Position numbers and translations under genes: made by a program. From Octopus sinensis (Eukaryota), in NCBI RefSeq assembly GCF_006345805.1, contig NC_043009.1, positions 20,646,001 to 20,710,000 on the forward strand: a stretch of DNA of 64,000 nt. Reading direction: 5' to 3'. Positions 63,641-64,000 of the stretch are shown here, one piece after another. The notes under the pieces were generated by a model. That model had not been told where the DNA came from, did no database searches, and saw only the letters and a program-made list of their open reading frames with translations. Position 1 is the stretch's first letter; every line of letters begins with the position of its first letter.

Positions 63641-64000
63641 CAAAACTTTATTCCAAATTGTCTTCATGTCCCAATTGCTTTCTACAAACTAATCAGCTGC
63701 AATGTTTAGTGGTGCATGTTCACAATGTTATTACAGTTGTCTCCTTCAATCTGGAATAAAAAGTGGCAAGTCAGCTTATTAGATGTGTAGTAATGATAGA
63801 CTAAACATTGCAATAATCTAAGACAGCTAGAGTTGCCTCCCCTAAAAAGAAAAAAAGTCTCAAAGCTTCTGAAATGCATGTTGTATGTTGGTTTTACACT
63901 TGGGAATGGCATTGATAGCAAGATGGGTAGAAAGAGAGAGAGAGAGGAGAGTGAGTTGTGAACACTGCATGTTTGGTCATTCTGAAGGATATTTGCTGTG

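Overview
AT-rich, repeat-dense eukaryotic DNA. The SINE/LINE families look like those of an octopod cephalopod (Octopus sp.); this is inferred from repeat recognition, not a database search. There is a 100-N assembly gap at 51965-52064. Genes supported by splice signals and homology: (1) the terminal exon of a MARCH/RING-CH-type membrane E3 ligase (2205-2567, +); (2) a complete 8-exon RPA2 (RPA32) gene, 25341-37432 (+), 263 aa; (3) three internal exons of a PAIP1-like gene (PAM2 + MIF4G), 52187-57500 (+), whose other exons are not visible; (4) an unidentified antisense terminal exon nested in a PAIP1 intron (55823-56097, -). The rest is mostly non-LTR retrotransposons (CR1-like, Tx1/L1-like, R4/Dong-like, RTE/RTE-X), tRNA-derived and RTE-tail SINEs, mariner/hAT relics, MITE/fold-back elements, mini- and microsatellites. 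Most notable observations: three distinct type I hammerhead-ribozyme-like motifs in Penelope/retrozyme-like repeats (RPA2 promoter, an RPA2 intron, and an island inside (TA)n arrays); a twin-priming-like 5'-inverted RTE-X insertion with a clean 10-bp TSD; a perfect 20-bp hairpin at a CR1 ORF1/ORF2 junction; and CR1 3' tails that differ between near-identical copies and in one case match the target site. No CRISPR arrays, rRNA or true tRNA genes were seen.
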